From the NCBI GenBank assembly GCA_965198225.1, contig CBDAOY010000008.1, positions 864,001-928,000 on the forward strand: a stretch of DNA of 64,000 bases, given 5' to 3'. Source of the stretch: Terriglobia bacterium. Lineage in GTDB: Bacteria; Acidobacteriota; Terriglobia; 20CM-2-55-15. Shown here in pieces: positions 10,597 through 20,212 of this stretch. The translations under genes were made by a program, and so were the position numbers. The notes under the pieces were generated by a model. It saw nothing but the letters and a program-made list of their open reading frames with translations. It ran no database searches and was not told where the DNA came from. Positions within the stretch are counted from its first letter, which is position 1; each line of letters starts with the position of its first letter.

Positions 10597-13270
10597 TGTC
10601 CACCTCCTCGGTCCTGGACGCGATGTCCTTCTCCCGGTCGAAGAAGACCTGGCCTTCGATCAACGTCATCTCGACCCGGGCAAAGTTGCTCAGCGGATGC
10701 GCGTTGAAGACTGCGACGTCCCCGTCCTTGCCGACCTCGATGCTTCCGACCCGGTCGTCGATTCCCAGTTGCCAGGCGGGATTGATGGTGATCATCTCGA
10801 GCGCTTCATTCTCTGCGACGTCGCCGTACCGAACCACTTTCGCCGCCTCCTGGTAGAGCCGCCGCACCCGCTCGTTGCTGTCGGAGTTCAGCGAAACGTT
10901 CACGCCGTACTGCGCCATGATCGCCGGGTTGTATGGAATCGCGTCCCAGGCTTCCATCTTGTAGCTCCAGTTGTCGACGAAAGTCGATCCCGCGGCGCCG
11001 TGAGCGGCAATCTCCTGGGCCACCTTGTACCCCTCCAGGACGTGCTGGAGGGTCCGGATCTTGAAACCGAACTCATCGGCGATGTTGAGCAGCATCACGA
11101 TCTCGTCCGCGCGATAGCAATGTGCATGCACGAAAATGTTGCCCCGCAGGATTTCGGCGAGGGTTTCCAGTTTCAGGTCACGCCGTGGGGCGAGGGGGTT
11201 CTCGCCGGCCTGACGGGCATTCTCATAGTCGTCCCATCGCTTCATATACTCCCGGGCGAGCATAAACGATTCACGGAGAGCGTGTTGCACACCCATCCGG
11301 GTGGCAGGGAAGCGGCGAACAGCCTGGCCGGCCGCCCGGGACCGTTTGGGGTTTTCGCCGAGAGCAAACTTGATCCCGGGAGGAGCCCCGAACAGAAGCT
11401 CCTCGGCGGGTCTGCGCCACTTCATTTTCAGGACGGCATTCGTTCCCCCGATGACGTTGGCACTGCCGTGGAGGACGTTCACGATCGTCGTCCCTCCGGC
11501 CAGGGCTCTGTAGATGGCCACGTCGTCGTCCCGTATCACATCACTGATCCGCACGTTGGGAGTGATGGGCGAGGCTCCTTCGTTGCCGCCTCCCTCGATC
11601 GCCATGTGCGAATGGGCGTCGATAATTCCAGGCATGACGAACTTGCCGGTCGCATCGATGACTCGCGCGCCCGTGGGGGTCGCCAGTCCTGGACCCACCG
11701 CGGCGATCTTGCCGTCTCGAATCAGGACATCGCCGTTCTCGATAGTCCCGTTCGTGATCGTCAGGATCGTGCCGTTCTTGATGAGGGTCTGGGACGGAGC
11801 TTCGGTGATGTAGCCGCCGGGCTTGACGATGGCCTCTCGTTCCGTTGCGGATCCGCGTCCTCCGCGCGAATTTCCGCCACGCGGACGATTTCCACCCTGC
11901 GGACGGTTCCCGGCCGTCGTCGTTTCAGGAATGTTGTAGAGCTTCCCGTCCACGAAAACATGCTGCAACACCGTATCTTCGGCGAACGGGTCACCGGTCG
12001 CGACGACGACGTTGGCGATCTTTCCTTCCTCCAGGCTGCCCAGGGCATCGGCGACGCCGAGGATTTCAGCAGCCGACAGCGTCGTCGCGCGGAGGGCCTC
12101 TTCCATCGGAAGGCCTTTCTCGATGGTAGTCCGGATGTTGGAAATGAAGTTCGTGGGCTGGTCTGCGAAACCGGATTGAAGCGCGAAACGAACGCCGGCG
12201 TCCGCCAGAATGGACGGATTCGACTGGAAACTAGCCAACTCATTGGCATCGTAATCAGCGTCCCCGCTGGAACGTCCGAAGCCCGGCTTGGGCTTTCGGC
12301 TGTCGTAGTTCACGCTGACCAGGACCGGGATGTCCTTGTCCTGGAGGATCGCCGCGACGTTGAAGGCTTCCATCCCGCCGGCGAGGATGGGCTGAAGGCC
12401 GAGTTCGTCCGACAGAGCCACCGCCCGTTTCAGTTCGTTGGTCCAGTCGGCGTGAATGATGGCAGGCATGGACTGCTGGACGACCGGGACGATCGCGGCC
12501 AGGACGGGATCGTAGGCAGGCCGGCTCATCCCTCGCGGGTTCGTGTCGAATCGATTCCAGGCGTTGCTGTACCATTCGGCGTCGGCCGCGGCCTGCCGCA
12601 GTACGGCGAAGGCGCCCATCAAAGTCGTCGGATACCCGCCGTTGGCCCGCTGGGGGCTGATGTGCAACCCCACCGGGGTCTTGACGACGAGGTTCTCTTC
12701 ACCGGTGTTGATCAGGACGCTCTGACCTGTCACGATGCCGTCGCGGGAAACGACCAGGGCGCTGGTAATGCCGACGTTGCGGGCCTCTTCTACGTTCTTT
12801 CCAGTCGCGCTCACCTGCGTCGCGAGCTGTCGGTCCGCATGAAGCCCGATAGGCTTCTGGAAGATTGCCTCCAGGGCGTCCTGCGGCGGCTGTTGTTGGT
12901 TCCCGCCCCCGCCTCGTCCACCCCGTCCGCCACGTCCTCCGCGCCCGCCGGCACCGGCAGTCGGTGCCGCTTCGGCAGTCCCGATGTCGGTGAAGCTGTC
13001 GATCAGACCCGGGAAAACGGTCAGGCCCGCCCCATCGATCACGGTGGCCTCGGGCGGTATCATCACAGCGGCGCCGACGGCTTCGATCAATCCATCGCGG
13101 ATGACGACGCTTCCGCTCGCGATCATTGGGCCGGAAACCGGATAGATTCGCGCGTCACGGATGGCATACACGCTCTGGTTTTGAGCGATCAGCGTCGCCG
13201 AACCCGCGGTCAACAGAATCAGCGCGGCGACGATCGCGATGCCTGTGGTTCGAAGGTGATGACTTCGCAT
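10589..13270 (-). CDS. Secreted tandem two-domain amidohydrolase
   Basis: Two amidohydrolase repeats (PGLIDSFT; PGIIDAHSH), KFALGENPK, HCYRADE, RGG-rich linkers. Confidence 0.85.
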   Translation of the reverse strand: MRSHHLRTTGIAIVAALILLTAGSATLIAQNQSVYAIRDARIYPVSGPMIASGSVVIRDGLIEAVGAAVMIPPEATVIDGAGLTVFPGLIDSFTDIGTAEAAPTAGAGGRGGRGGRGGRGGGGNQQQPPQDALEAIFQKPIGLHADRQLATQVSATGKNVEEARNVGITSALVVSRDGIVTGQSVLINTGEENLVVKTPVGLHISPQRANGGYPTTLMGAFAVLRQAAADAEWYSNAWNRFDTNPRGMSRPAYDPVLAAIVPVVQQSMPAIIHADWTNELKRAVALSDELGLQPILAGGMEAFNVAAILQDKDIPVLVSVNYDSRKPKPGFGRSSGDADYDANELASFQSNPSILADAGVRFALQSGFADQPTNFISNIRTTIEKGLPMEEALRATTLSAAEILGVADALGSLEEGKIANVVVATGDPFAEDTVLQHVFVDGKLYNIPETTTAGNRPQGGNRPRGGNSRGGRGSATEREAIVKPGGYITEAPSQTLIKNGTILTITNGTIENGDVLIRDGKIAAVGPGLATPTGARVIDATGKFVMPGIIDAHSHMAIEGGGNEGASPITPNVRISDVIRDDDVAIYRALAGGTTIVNVLHGSANVIGGTNAVLKMKWRRPAEELLFGAPPGIKFALGENPKRSRAAGQAVRRFPATRMGVQHALRESFMLAREYMKRWDDYENARQAGENPLAPRRDLKLETLAEILRGNIFVHAHCYRADEIVMLLNIADEFGFKIRTLQHVLEGYKVAQEIAAHGAAGSTFVDNWSYKMEAWDAIPYNPAIMAQYGVNVSLNSDSNERVRRLYQEAAKVVRYGDVAENEALEMITINPAWQLGIDDRVGSIEVGKDGDVAVFNAHPLSNFARVEMTLIEGQVFFDREKDIASRTEEVDND

Positions 13271-13341
13271 GGCGGACCCTCCTGTGGTCCTTCCTCTTTT
13301 CTGGAGCGGTGGATGCCACCTTGGGCCGGCGAGAGCAGCTA

Positions 13342-13442
13342 CTCCTCCTTATCAAGGAGGAGAGAGGTGCCGACGGGGTGATTCCTTTTGGCTCAACACC
13401 ACCCCGGCGCTTCGCGCCACCCCTCCTCATCTGAGGAGGGGA
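13342..13442. repeat. REP-like inverted doublet (CTCCT..AGGAG hairpin family)
   Basis: CTCCTCCTT-ATC-AAGGAGGAG...GGGGTGA and inverted copy CACCACCCCGGCGCTTCGCGCCA-CCCCTCCTCA-TC-TGAGGAGGGG. Confidence 0.65.
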
Positions 13443-13552
13443 AAAGGTGGCAACGAATGTAGCACAGGGCAGTCGGGGTGACGCTGGGAAAGAGGAGTCC
13501 GCGAACACCCGCCGGCGTCGCCAGACTCAATGCAGCTTACCGGTAGGGTAAA

Positions 13553-13582
13553 TTGACAGGGGCTGAAGGCTAGTGCTTTAAT
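13553..13582 (+). promoter_or_regulatory. sigma70 promoter for tRNA-Ala
   Basis: TTGACA-18 nt-TTTAAT with TG extension, 25 nt upstream of the tRNA. Confidence 0.6.
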
Positions 13583-13607
13583 TCACCGAGAGCCTTTTGG
13601 CTATCCC

Positions 13608-13680
13608 GGGCGGTTAGCTCAGATGGGAGAGCGCGGCGTTCGCAATGCCGAGGTCGAGGGTTCGATCCCCTTACCGTCCA
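13608..13680 (+). tRNA. tRNA-Ala (anticodon CGC)
   Basis: Acceptor GGGCGGT/ACCGTCC with G3:U70, anticodon stem CGGCG/TGCCG loop TTCGCAA, GTTCGA T-loop; CCA not encoded. Confidence 0.96.
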
Positions 13681-13834
13681 CTCTTCTAGACGCTTGATCC
13701 TTTGGGTTTGGGAATGCTCTGGAGGTTCTTCGGCTCAAGCGTGGTGTCAGTGATCAGCCTTCAGCCATTTGTTCCCAAAAGGGGACGATAGTCCCCTCCG
13801 ATTGAGCTGACAGCTGAATGCTGATAGCTGAACC

Positions 13835-14182
13835 CTACTCCGACCTGCCGATCAAGCTCTCGACCCGGCTCTTGCCTTCCTCCACGCGCTGCTTCGCGTC
13901 GTCAAACACACCGAGAACGCGCTCGCGGCCTGAGAGTGTGAGCCGTTTTCCCCTGTTGAGACCGTCATCGAGCGTTTCGGCGACGTCCTCGACCCAGCCG
14001 TTGACCTGGGAGCGAATGTCGTCCTGCAGGTCGTCGAGCTGTTCGATCTTACGTCGCGCGTATCTCCGGATCTGTTTCCGGGTCCGGACACCGCTGGTGG
14101 GGGCGTACAGGACTGCAAAAGCAGCGCCGGCCAGCACTCCGGCTATGAAGAGTCCGAGGCTTTCTGCCTTGTTGTCTCGCAT
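13835..14182 (-). CDS. YtxH domain protein
   Basis: FIAGVLAGAAFAVLYAPTSGVRTR. Confidence 0.85.
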   Translation of the reverse strand: MRDNKAESLGLFIAGVLAGAAFAVLYAPTSGVRTRKQIRRYARRKIEQLDDLQDDIRSQVNGWVEDVAETLDDGLNRGKRLTLSGRERVLGVFDDAKQRVEEGKSRVESLIGRSE

Positions 14183-14345
14183 GACTGGGCCTCCGTATCA
14201 AGAAGATGAGTAATATGGTACCACCAGGACGGCATGATGGGGCTCATCCGGCATCCATTGGACCTCCCGCCGAACCCTGCCCTCGGATGACAACAGAGTG
14301 CAAAAGCGGTATCGTATTTTTAGAAAAGCCGGAGAACTGTGCGCT

Positions 14346-15281
14346 ATGAGCAAGCAAACCAAGCTTTTGGCCGGAGTCGCGACTTCCGTGGTGGTGGTGG
14401 TGCTGGCATTCGGGTTCCAACGCGGGGAAACTGGTTCCCCTCGATCGACCTCGGCGCAGGATCTGCCGTTCGACGCCGATCGCGCCTGGGGTGACCTTGA
14501 AACCGTGGTGGGATTCGGCCCTCGCCCTGCCGGAAGTGAGAACCTTCAGAAGACGCGAGAGTACATCGTTGCGGAGTTGCGGGACGCCGGACTCGAACCG
14601 CTGTTGGACGAGTTCGTGGCGGCCACCCCGACTGGCGCGATCGAAATGGCCAACATCCGCGCTATCGTTCCCGGCCGGAAAGTGGAAAGCATCGCGGTGG
14701 CCGGGCACTACGACACGAAGCGTTTCGATGTCAGTTTCGTTGGCGCTAACGACGGAGGCTCCAGCACTGCCGTGGTATTGGAGCTCGCGCGAATCAGCGC
14801 CGGACTCGATCTGGAGCACACCCTGGAGTTCATCTTCTTCGACGGTGAGGAGGCCGTCGTCGAATGGAATGCGGACGACAGCGTCTATGGGAGCCGGCAT
14901 GACGTCGATCGCCGTTACGAGGAAGGTACCCTCCGCCGACTGAAAGCCCTGGTTCTTGTCGACATGGTCGGGGACCGGGATCTTGGCGTTCTCGACGAAA
15001 CCTCTTCGACCGACTGGCTGAAGGAAGTGATCTGGGAGACCGCAGCGAGGATCGGATACTCGGGCTACTTCAGGAACGACGGATACGCGATCGAGGACGA
15101 CCACATCCCCTACCTCAATGCCGGAATCGACGCCGTCGACCTGATCGATCTGGACTACCCCTTCTGGCACACCCCCGCAGACACGATCGACAAGACCAGC
15201 GCCGAGAGTTTGAAGGTGGTCGGCGACGTGGTGTACCGCGCCTTGCCCGCCATCGATCAGCGTCTGAATTCGGCCCAATGA
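14346..15281 (+). CDS. M28 family peptidase (glutaminyl cyclase-like)
   Basis: GHYDTK, GANDGGSS, FDGEE, DMVG, EDDHIP, WHT. Confidence 0.88.
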   Translation: MSKQTKLLAGVATSVVVVVLAFGFQRGETGSPRSTSAQDLPFDADRAWGDLETVVGFGPRPAGSENLQKTREYIVAELRDAGLEPLLDEFVAATPTGAIEMANIRAIVPGRKVESIAVAGHYDTKRFDVSFVGANDGGSSTAVVLELARISAGLDLEHTLEFIFFDGEEAVVEWNADDSVYGSRHDVDRRYEEGTLRRLKALVLVDMVGDRDLGVLDETSSTDWLKEVIWETAARIGYSGYFRNDGYAIEDDHIPYLNAGIDAVDLIDLDYPFWHTPADTIDKTSAESLKVVGDVVYRALPAIDQRLNSAQ

Positions 15282-15290
15282 AGAAGTGAC

Positions 15291-15358
15291 TGTAGGTGCG
15301 CTCTATGAGCGCACATCGTTTCGGCTCGAACAATGTGCGGGCATAGACCGCACCTACA
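15291..15358. repeat. GTAG-family REP doublet (REPIN)
   Basis: GTAG-GTGCGCTC-TAT-GAGCGCAC-AT and inverted copy (reverse complement GTAGGTGCGGTCTATGCCCGCACAT) between convergent genes. Confidence 0.8.
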
Positions 15359-15359
15359 C

Positions 15360-16121
15360 CTACCGCCTCTTGCCGAACACGAAAGCAACCCCAACGCCCA
15401 CCAGGTACAGCAGAATCATCGGGCCCGCCATGATCATCATGTTCGGAATGTCCGCCGTCGGGGTGATGATCGCGGCGATGACGAAAGCGATCAACACGGC
15501 ATACTTCGTGTTGCGCAGGAGGAAACCTGGCGTAACGAGACCGATTCGGCTGAAGACGAATATGATGGGAGGAATCTGAAACACGATAGCCAGTCCGACC
15601 ATAATCGTCAGGAAGAAATCGAAATAGCGCGTTGCATCGATCATCGCCTGCAGGTTCGCGGACTCTCCCCAGCTGATCAGGAAGTCCAGGGCAAAGGGGA
15701 AGGCGATGAAGTACCCGAAAGCCACGCCGCATCCGGCGAGAATCGTCGTCGACATGACGAAGGGGACGGCGTAGCGACGCTCGCGTTTGTAGAGTCCGGG
15801 CGCGATGAAGAGCCAGACTTGGGCAAGAATGAAAGGAAACGAGAGCAGAAGCGCAGCGATGAAAGCGACTTTGATGAACAAGTTAAAAGGCTGCGTCGGC
15901 GAGATGAAGACGAGGGGCTGATCCCCCAGGGCCTCCTGGATCGGACCGGCGACAATCAGGTAGAGCTCTTGCACGAATCCCCAGCAGACCAGGAAGGTCA
16001 CACCCACGACGATCAGTGCGCGGATTATCCGCGTCCGGAGTTCCTCGAGGTGGTCGAGGAACGACATCTGTCCAACGACCAGTTCTTCTTTCGGAGACTG
16101 GACTGGGGGCTCGACGGCCAT
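15360..16121 (-). CDS. tatC: Twin-arginine translocase TatC
   Basis: MSFLDHLEELRTR, FIAPGLY, AIITPT. Confidence 0.95.
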   Translation of the reverse strand: MAVEPPVQSPKEELVVGQMSFLDHLEELRTRIIRALIVVGVTFLVCWGFVQELYLIVAGPIQEALGDQPLVFISPTQPFNLFIKVAFIAALLLSFPFILAQVWLFIAPGLYKRERRYAVPFVMSTTILAGCGVAFGYFIAFPFALDFLISWGESANLQAMIDATRYFDFFLTIMVGLAIVFQIPPIIFVFSRIGLVTPGFLLRNTKYAVLIAFVIAAIITPTADIPNMMIMAGPMILLYLVGVGVAFVFGKRR

Positions 16122-16454
16122 TTACGAAGGCTTCTCGGTTTGGGTAGAGTTCTCCGAGGTAGAGTCCTGCTGGGAGGGGCCTTGTGAAGCGTAAAACTCG
16201 GCCTTCGGGTCCTTGTCGAGGTCTTCCTTCAGGTCCTTTTCGAGATCTTTCAAGTCTTTGGTCGTGTCGGTGAGATCCTTTTCGACGTCCCGGACCTGCT
16301 CCTCCCAACTGGACTTGATGTCGTTGGTGGCCCGCTTGAATTCTTTCAGGCCTTTTCCGAGGGATTTCCCGAGTTCGGGGAGCTTCTTCGGCCCGAAAAC
16401 GAGGAGCGCGACCACAAAAATAAGTAACAGCTCCTGAAAGCCAAGCTGACCCAT
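16122..16454 (-). CDS. tatA: Twin-arginine translocase TatA/B
   Basis: ELLLIFVVALLVFGPKKLPELGKSLGKGLKEFK. Confidence 0.9.
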   Translation of the reverse strand: MGQLGFQELLLIFVVALLVFGPKKLPELGKSLGKGLKEFKRATNDIKSSWEEQVRDVEKDLTDTTKDLKDLEKDLKEDLDKDPKAEFYASQGPSQQDSTSENSTQTEKPS

Positions 16455-16633
16455 CAGAACCTCCCTAAAGTTTCGATGCCTTCAATCATAGCGGCCCGAG
16501 CGAAATTGCGTCAACGGAAAGTCCCTCTAGCAACCTTTTCTATCAAGGTCTTCGAGCGATCGCAAGCCGGTATTTCCGGCAAGTTGGTAACCCTTTTGTT
16601 ATAATACCGTCACTTGTTGCGAAAGGGGTTTAC

Positions 16634-18217
16634 ATGAAGCTTAGTCCGTCCCGCGCGCTACTGTTCTGGGTTGTCCTGCTGACCGCCGCCGTTCTGTTCG
16701 GGGGCTTGTACGGCACTCAGGCTCAGGCGACTACCGGCGCCGAAGAAGATCTTGACGCATCTCTGAAGACTTTCACCGCTCTGTTGAGCATGGTTGAACG
16801 CAACCACGCTACCGCTGTCGACCCGGCAAAGGCGGTCTATGGGGCCATCGACGGCATGCTCCGGACGCTCGACCCGCACTCGAAGTTCTTCAGTCCCGAA
16901 GATTTCCGACGGCTGCGCGAGGACCAGCGCGGAAAGTATTACGGACTTGGGATTACCGTGACGAGCCGTTTCGGCAAGGTCACGGTGGTGTCGCCGCCGT
17001 TCCCGGGCGCTCCCGCCGAAAAAGTGGGCTTGCGCGTCGGCGACGTGCTGAGCCATGTCAACGGCGAACCAACCGAGGGAGTGGACCTCAACACGGTGGT
17101 CGGCCAGTTGAAGGGACCGAAGGGGACTCCGGTCAACGTCACCGTCACGCGCCCCGGTGTCGATGAGCCTTTCGAGGTCACCATCATCCGCGACGAGATC
17201 TCGAAGTTCACGATCAGCAACGCCTTCGAAATCCGTGAGGGTATCGGATACATCAAGATCGACAACTTCGCCGAGACAACCGGCGCAGAACTGCGCGAAG
17301 CTCTTCGGGAGTTGGACGGCGACAACCTCAAGGGACTGGTCCTGGACCTTCGGGGCAACCCCGGCGGCCTGTTGCAGGAGGCCATAGAGGTGTCTTCGAT
17401 GTTCCTCCAGAAGGGACAGCTCATCGTCGAGACCCGCGGCCGAACACGGGGATCAAATCGTCCGTATGCCTCGCAGCGCGTGAATAATGACAACCTCTAC
17501 CCGCTTGTTGTCGTGATCAACAAGCAGAGTGCCAGTGCTTCGGAGATCGTAGCCGGCGCCGTCCAGGATCACGACCGGGGTTTGATCGTCGGGGAGACCA
17601 GCTTCGGCAAGGGCCTCGTGCAATCAGTTTATCCTTTGAGCAAGCGCGCCGGTCTGGCGCTGACGACTCAGAAATGGCACACCCCGAGCGGCCGGTTGAT
17701 TCAGCGAGATTACTCCGCGATCTCTCAGTTCGACTATTACAACCAGCGAGACGGCGACTCGGAGCCCGAGCAGGCGGAGATCACGTACTCGGACCTGGGC
17801 CGGAAAGTTTACGGTGGGGGCGGTATCACGCCGGACGAGAACGTTCCGACGCCGGGGCTGAACGAGTTCGAAGATCTGCTGACCAAGCGCTTCGCTGTCT
17901 ACACCTTCGTACGGGACTTCCTGGCCGATAATCCCACCGTCACGTCGGAATTCGAAGTTTCAGATGAAATGCTGCAGGAGTTCGCAGGCCATCTGGTCGA
18001 ACGCGACATCGAGTTGAGCGAGAATGCTCTGGCCGACAACGCGGAATTCGTGAAGCGGATGATCAAGTATGAGGTGTTCTACAATCGTCTGGGCGTGTCC
18101 GACGCGGCTAAGGTACTGCTCAACGGCGACCGTCAAATTCTGCGGGCGCTGGAGCTTCTGCCCGAGGCCGGGGAACTCTCGATGCGGGCACGCAGCGCGA
18201 TGGCCCGGCGGCAGTAG
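16634..18217 (+). CDS. ctpA: Carboxy-terminal processing protease (S41A)
   Basis: LDPHS, PDZ domain, DLRGNPGG, SASASEIVAG, FGKGLVQ. Confidence 0.92.
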   Translation: MKLSPSRALLFWVVLLTAAVLFGGLYGTQAQATTGAEEDLDASLKTFTALLSMVERNHATAVDPAKAVYGAIDGMLRTLDPHSKFFSPEDFRRLREDQRGKYYGLGITVTSRFGKVTVVSPPFPGAPAEKVGLRVGDVLSHVNGEPTEGVDLNTVVGQLKGPKGTPVNVTVTRPGVDEPFEVTIIRDEISKFTISNAFEIREGIGYIKIDNFAETTGAELREALRELDGDNLKGLVLDLRGNPGGLLQEAIEVSSMFLQKGQLIVETRGRTRGSNRPYASQRVNNDNLYPLVVVINKQSASASEIVAGAVQDHDRGLIVGETSFGKGLVQSVYPLSKRAGLALTTQKWHTPSGRLIQRDYSAISQFDYYNQRDGDSEPEQAEITYSDLGRKVYGGGGITPDENVPTPGLNEFEDLLTKRFAVYTFVRDFLADNPTVTSEFEVSDEMLQEFAGHLVERDIELSENALADNAEFVKRMIKYEVFYNRLGVSDAAKVLLNGDRQILRALELLPEAGELSMRARSAMARRQ

Positions 18218-18247
18218 GCGAACGGGACCGTACACCCAGGTTATCGA

Positions 18248-18281
18248 AGACGGGCGGCCAATTCGGCCGCCCGTTTCTTTT
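18248..18281 (+). terminator. Rho-independent terminator (target of the class C intron)
   Basis: ACGGGCGGCC-AATTC-GGCCGCCCGT hairpin followed by TTCTTTT. Confidence 0.85.
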
Positions 18282-18282
18282 G

Positions 18283-20208
18283 GTGCGCCAGGCATGGCGC
18301 GCAGCGCCATGAATTGGCGCTGGATAACCGGGGAGCGAAAGCGAACCGGGAAGTGACTAGGAGGTGAGAGTCCTCTGGGGGCCTTGATGACAGGAACCCT
18401 TAGCCGATGTGGCAACTGCGTCCGAGCAATCGGGGGTGGGAAGGAAGCCATAGGCAAAACTCTGGCCCGAGGCACACGAACCGCATAAGAGGCAGGCGTC
18501 AGGTGGGCGAAGAGGCCAACAGATCGGAAGCCCAATGTCATCCGGACCGGGCGTTTGTAGATGCGGCGGGTAGATGGAGTGAAAGTCACGTGCCTTACCC
18601 TGGGAGATCCGTTGTCTTGCTGGGAACAGCTAGAGTCGTCGAGAGGCGGCGCGATGGGGCGGCGGAAGTCAGCCACGGTCATAGTAGCCCGGCGGAGCCG
18701 GGGTGAAGGACCACACATGGAGAAGAGACCGACACGGAGCGTTCGATGCGAAACGGAGACGCAGACAAGAGGGCTGAGAAGCCGGAACCGAACCGGAAGG
18801 ATAGCGGCGGAACCGTGACAGATACGGATGAGGGGCGTCAAACTCGCACGGCACGTCACGAGCAAGTCGGGATCGAGGAGGGAATGCTACTGGAGAAGGT
18901 GCTGGAACGGGAAAACGTTCTGGCCGCATACCGACGCGTCAAGGCCAATAGCGGGGCGGCGGGAATCGACGGGATGACCGTTGAGGACCTGATGCCGCAC
19001 TGTCAGATGCACTGGACGCGAGTCCGTCAAGAACTGCTCGACGAGACGTACCGCCCCCAACCGGTGAGGAAAGTCGATATTCTGAAACCGGACGGAGGGA
19101 TACGGACGCTGGGCATTCCGACCGTGATGGACCGGATGATTCAACAGGCTCTGCTTCAGGTTCTCCAACCCCTATGGGATCGGACGTTCTCGGAAGATAG
19201 CTACGGCTACCGACCGGGACGAAGCGCCCAAAAGGCGGTGGTGCGTGCCCGGGAACACATTCGAGCCGGACATCGCTGGGTGGTGGACCTGGACATCGAG
19301 AAGTTCTTTGATCGCGTCAACCATGACGTGCTGATGGCACGCGTGGCGCGACGAATCAAAGACAAACGGGTGCTTCGATTGATTCGGCGCTATCTACAGG
19401 CCGGACTGATGGAGGGCGGGCTGGTGTCGCCCCGGGCAGAAGGGACGCCGCAAGGCGGCCCCCTCTCGCCTCTGCTGTCGAACCTGTTGCTGGATGAACT
19501 GGATCGGGAGTTGGGGAAACGTGGGCACCGCTTCGTTCGTTATGCCGACGATGTGAATGTGTACATTCGCTCCGAGGCAGCGGGTCAGCGGGTCATGGCA
19601 TCGCTGGAATGTTTTCTGGACAGGAGACTCCGGCTGAAGGTGAACCGGGCCAAAAGCGCCGTGGCGCGGCCGTGGAAGCGAAAGTTCCTCGGGTACAGTT
19701 TCACGGCGCATCGCGAGGCCAAACTGAAGGTTTCGGATTCGTCGTTAAAACGACTGAAAATGAGACTTCGGGAGATCACGCGAGCCGGGCGAGGCCGAAG
19801 CCTCGCTCGCACGATCGGAACACTCATTCCCATCATTCGGGGTTGGGTGGCTTACTATCGCTTGGCGGAGGTTCGAGGCAGCTTCGAGCGACTGGATCAG
19901 TGGTTGCGCCGCCGGCTGCGGTCGATCTTGTGGCAGCAGTGGAAGCGGAACCGAACACGATTCCGGGAACTCACTCGACGCGGTATTGCGACCGCTCGGG
20001 CTCGGACCTCGGTTTCCAACGGGCGCGGGCCTTGGTGGAATGCGGGCGCCAGCCATATGAATCAGGCTGTCCCCGCCTCTGCCTTCCGTCGCCTGGGTTT
20101 GCAATCCTTCTCCGAGGTGCATTCCCGACTTCAATCTTTATGAACCGCCGTATACGGAACCGTACGTACGGTGGTGTGGGAGGCGGGCGTTAAGCCCGCC
20201 TACCCGAT
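18283..20208 (+). mobile_element. Group II intron, class C (IIC), full length
   Basis: 5' GTGCGCC directly after terminator; short DV with CGC triad (AACCGCCGTATACGGAACCGTACGTACGGTGGT); DVI ending CCTACCCGAT; EBS1 CAAAA (18455-18459) pairs with TTTTG (18278-18282). Confidence 0.93.
18884..20143 (+). CDS. ltrA: Group II intron reverse transcriptase/maturase (no endonuclease domain)
   Basis: RTLGIPT, SYGYRPGR, DIEKFFD, GTPQGGPLSPLL, RYADD, FLGY, RGWVAYY; GAGGAGG RBS before 18884 (alternative start 18746). Confidence 0.95.
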   Translation: MLLEKVLERENVLAAYRRVKANSGAAGIDGMTVEDLMPHCQMHWTRVRQELLDETYRPQPVRKVDILKPDGGIRTLGIPTVMDRMIQQALLQVLQPLWDRTFSEDSYGYRPGRSAQKAVVRAREHIRAGHRWVVDLDIEKFFDRVNHDVLMARVARRIKDKRVLRLIRRYLQAGLMEGGLVSPRAEGTPQGGPLSPLLSNLLLDELDRELGKRGHRFVRYADDVNVYIRSEAAGQRVMASLECFLDRRLRLKVNRAKSAVARPWKRKFLGYSFTAHREAKLKVSDSSLKRLKMRLREITRAGRGRSLARTIGTLIPIIRGWVAYYRLAEVRGSFERLDQWLRRRLRSILWQQWKRNRTRFRELTRRGIATARARTSVSNGRGPWWNAGASHMNQAVPASAFRRLGLQSFSEVHSRLQSL

Positions 20209-20212
20209 GCCG

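Noticed and set aside
10556-13381. 941-aa plus-strand ORF, and similar long antisense ORFs (44646-46931, 60449-61690, 2401-3657, 34203-35444)
   Set aside because: Shadow ORFs opposite well-supported genes in high-GC DNA; no motifs
13680-13835. Island integrated at tRNA-Ala
   Set aside because: No integrase and no duplicated tRNA 3' end seen in the window
18746-20143. RT as retron, DGR or defence RT
   Set aside because: It lies inside clear group II intron boundaries with a maturase domain; no TR/VR pair or msr-msd
18283-20208. Class C RT as the trans-acting maturase for the twintron
   Set aside because: Maturases are generally lineage-specific and A/B are IIB-type; nothing in the sequence supports it
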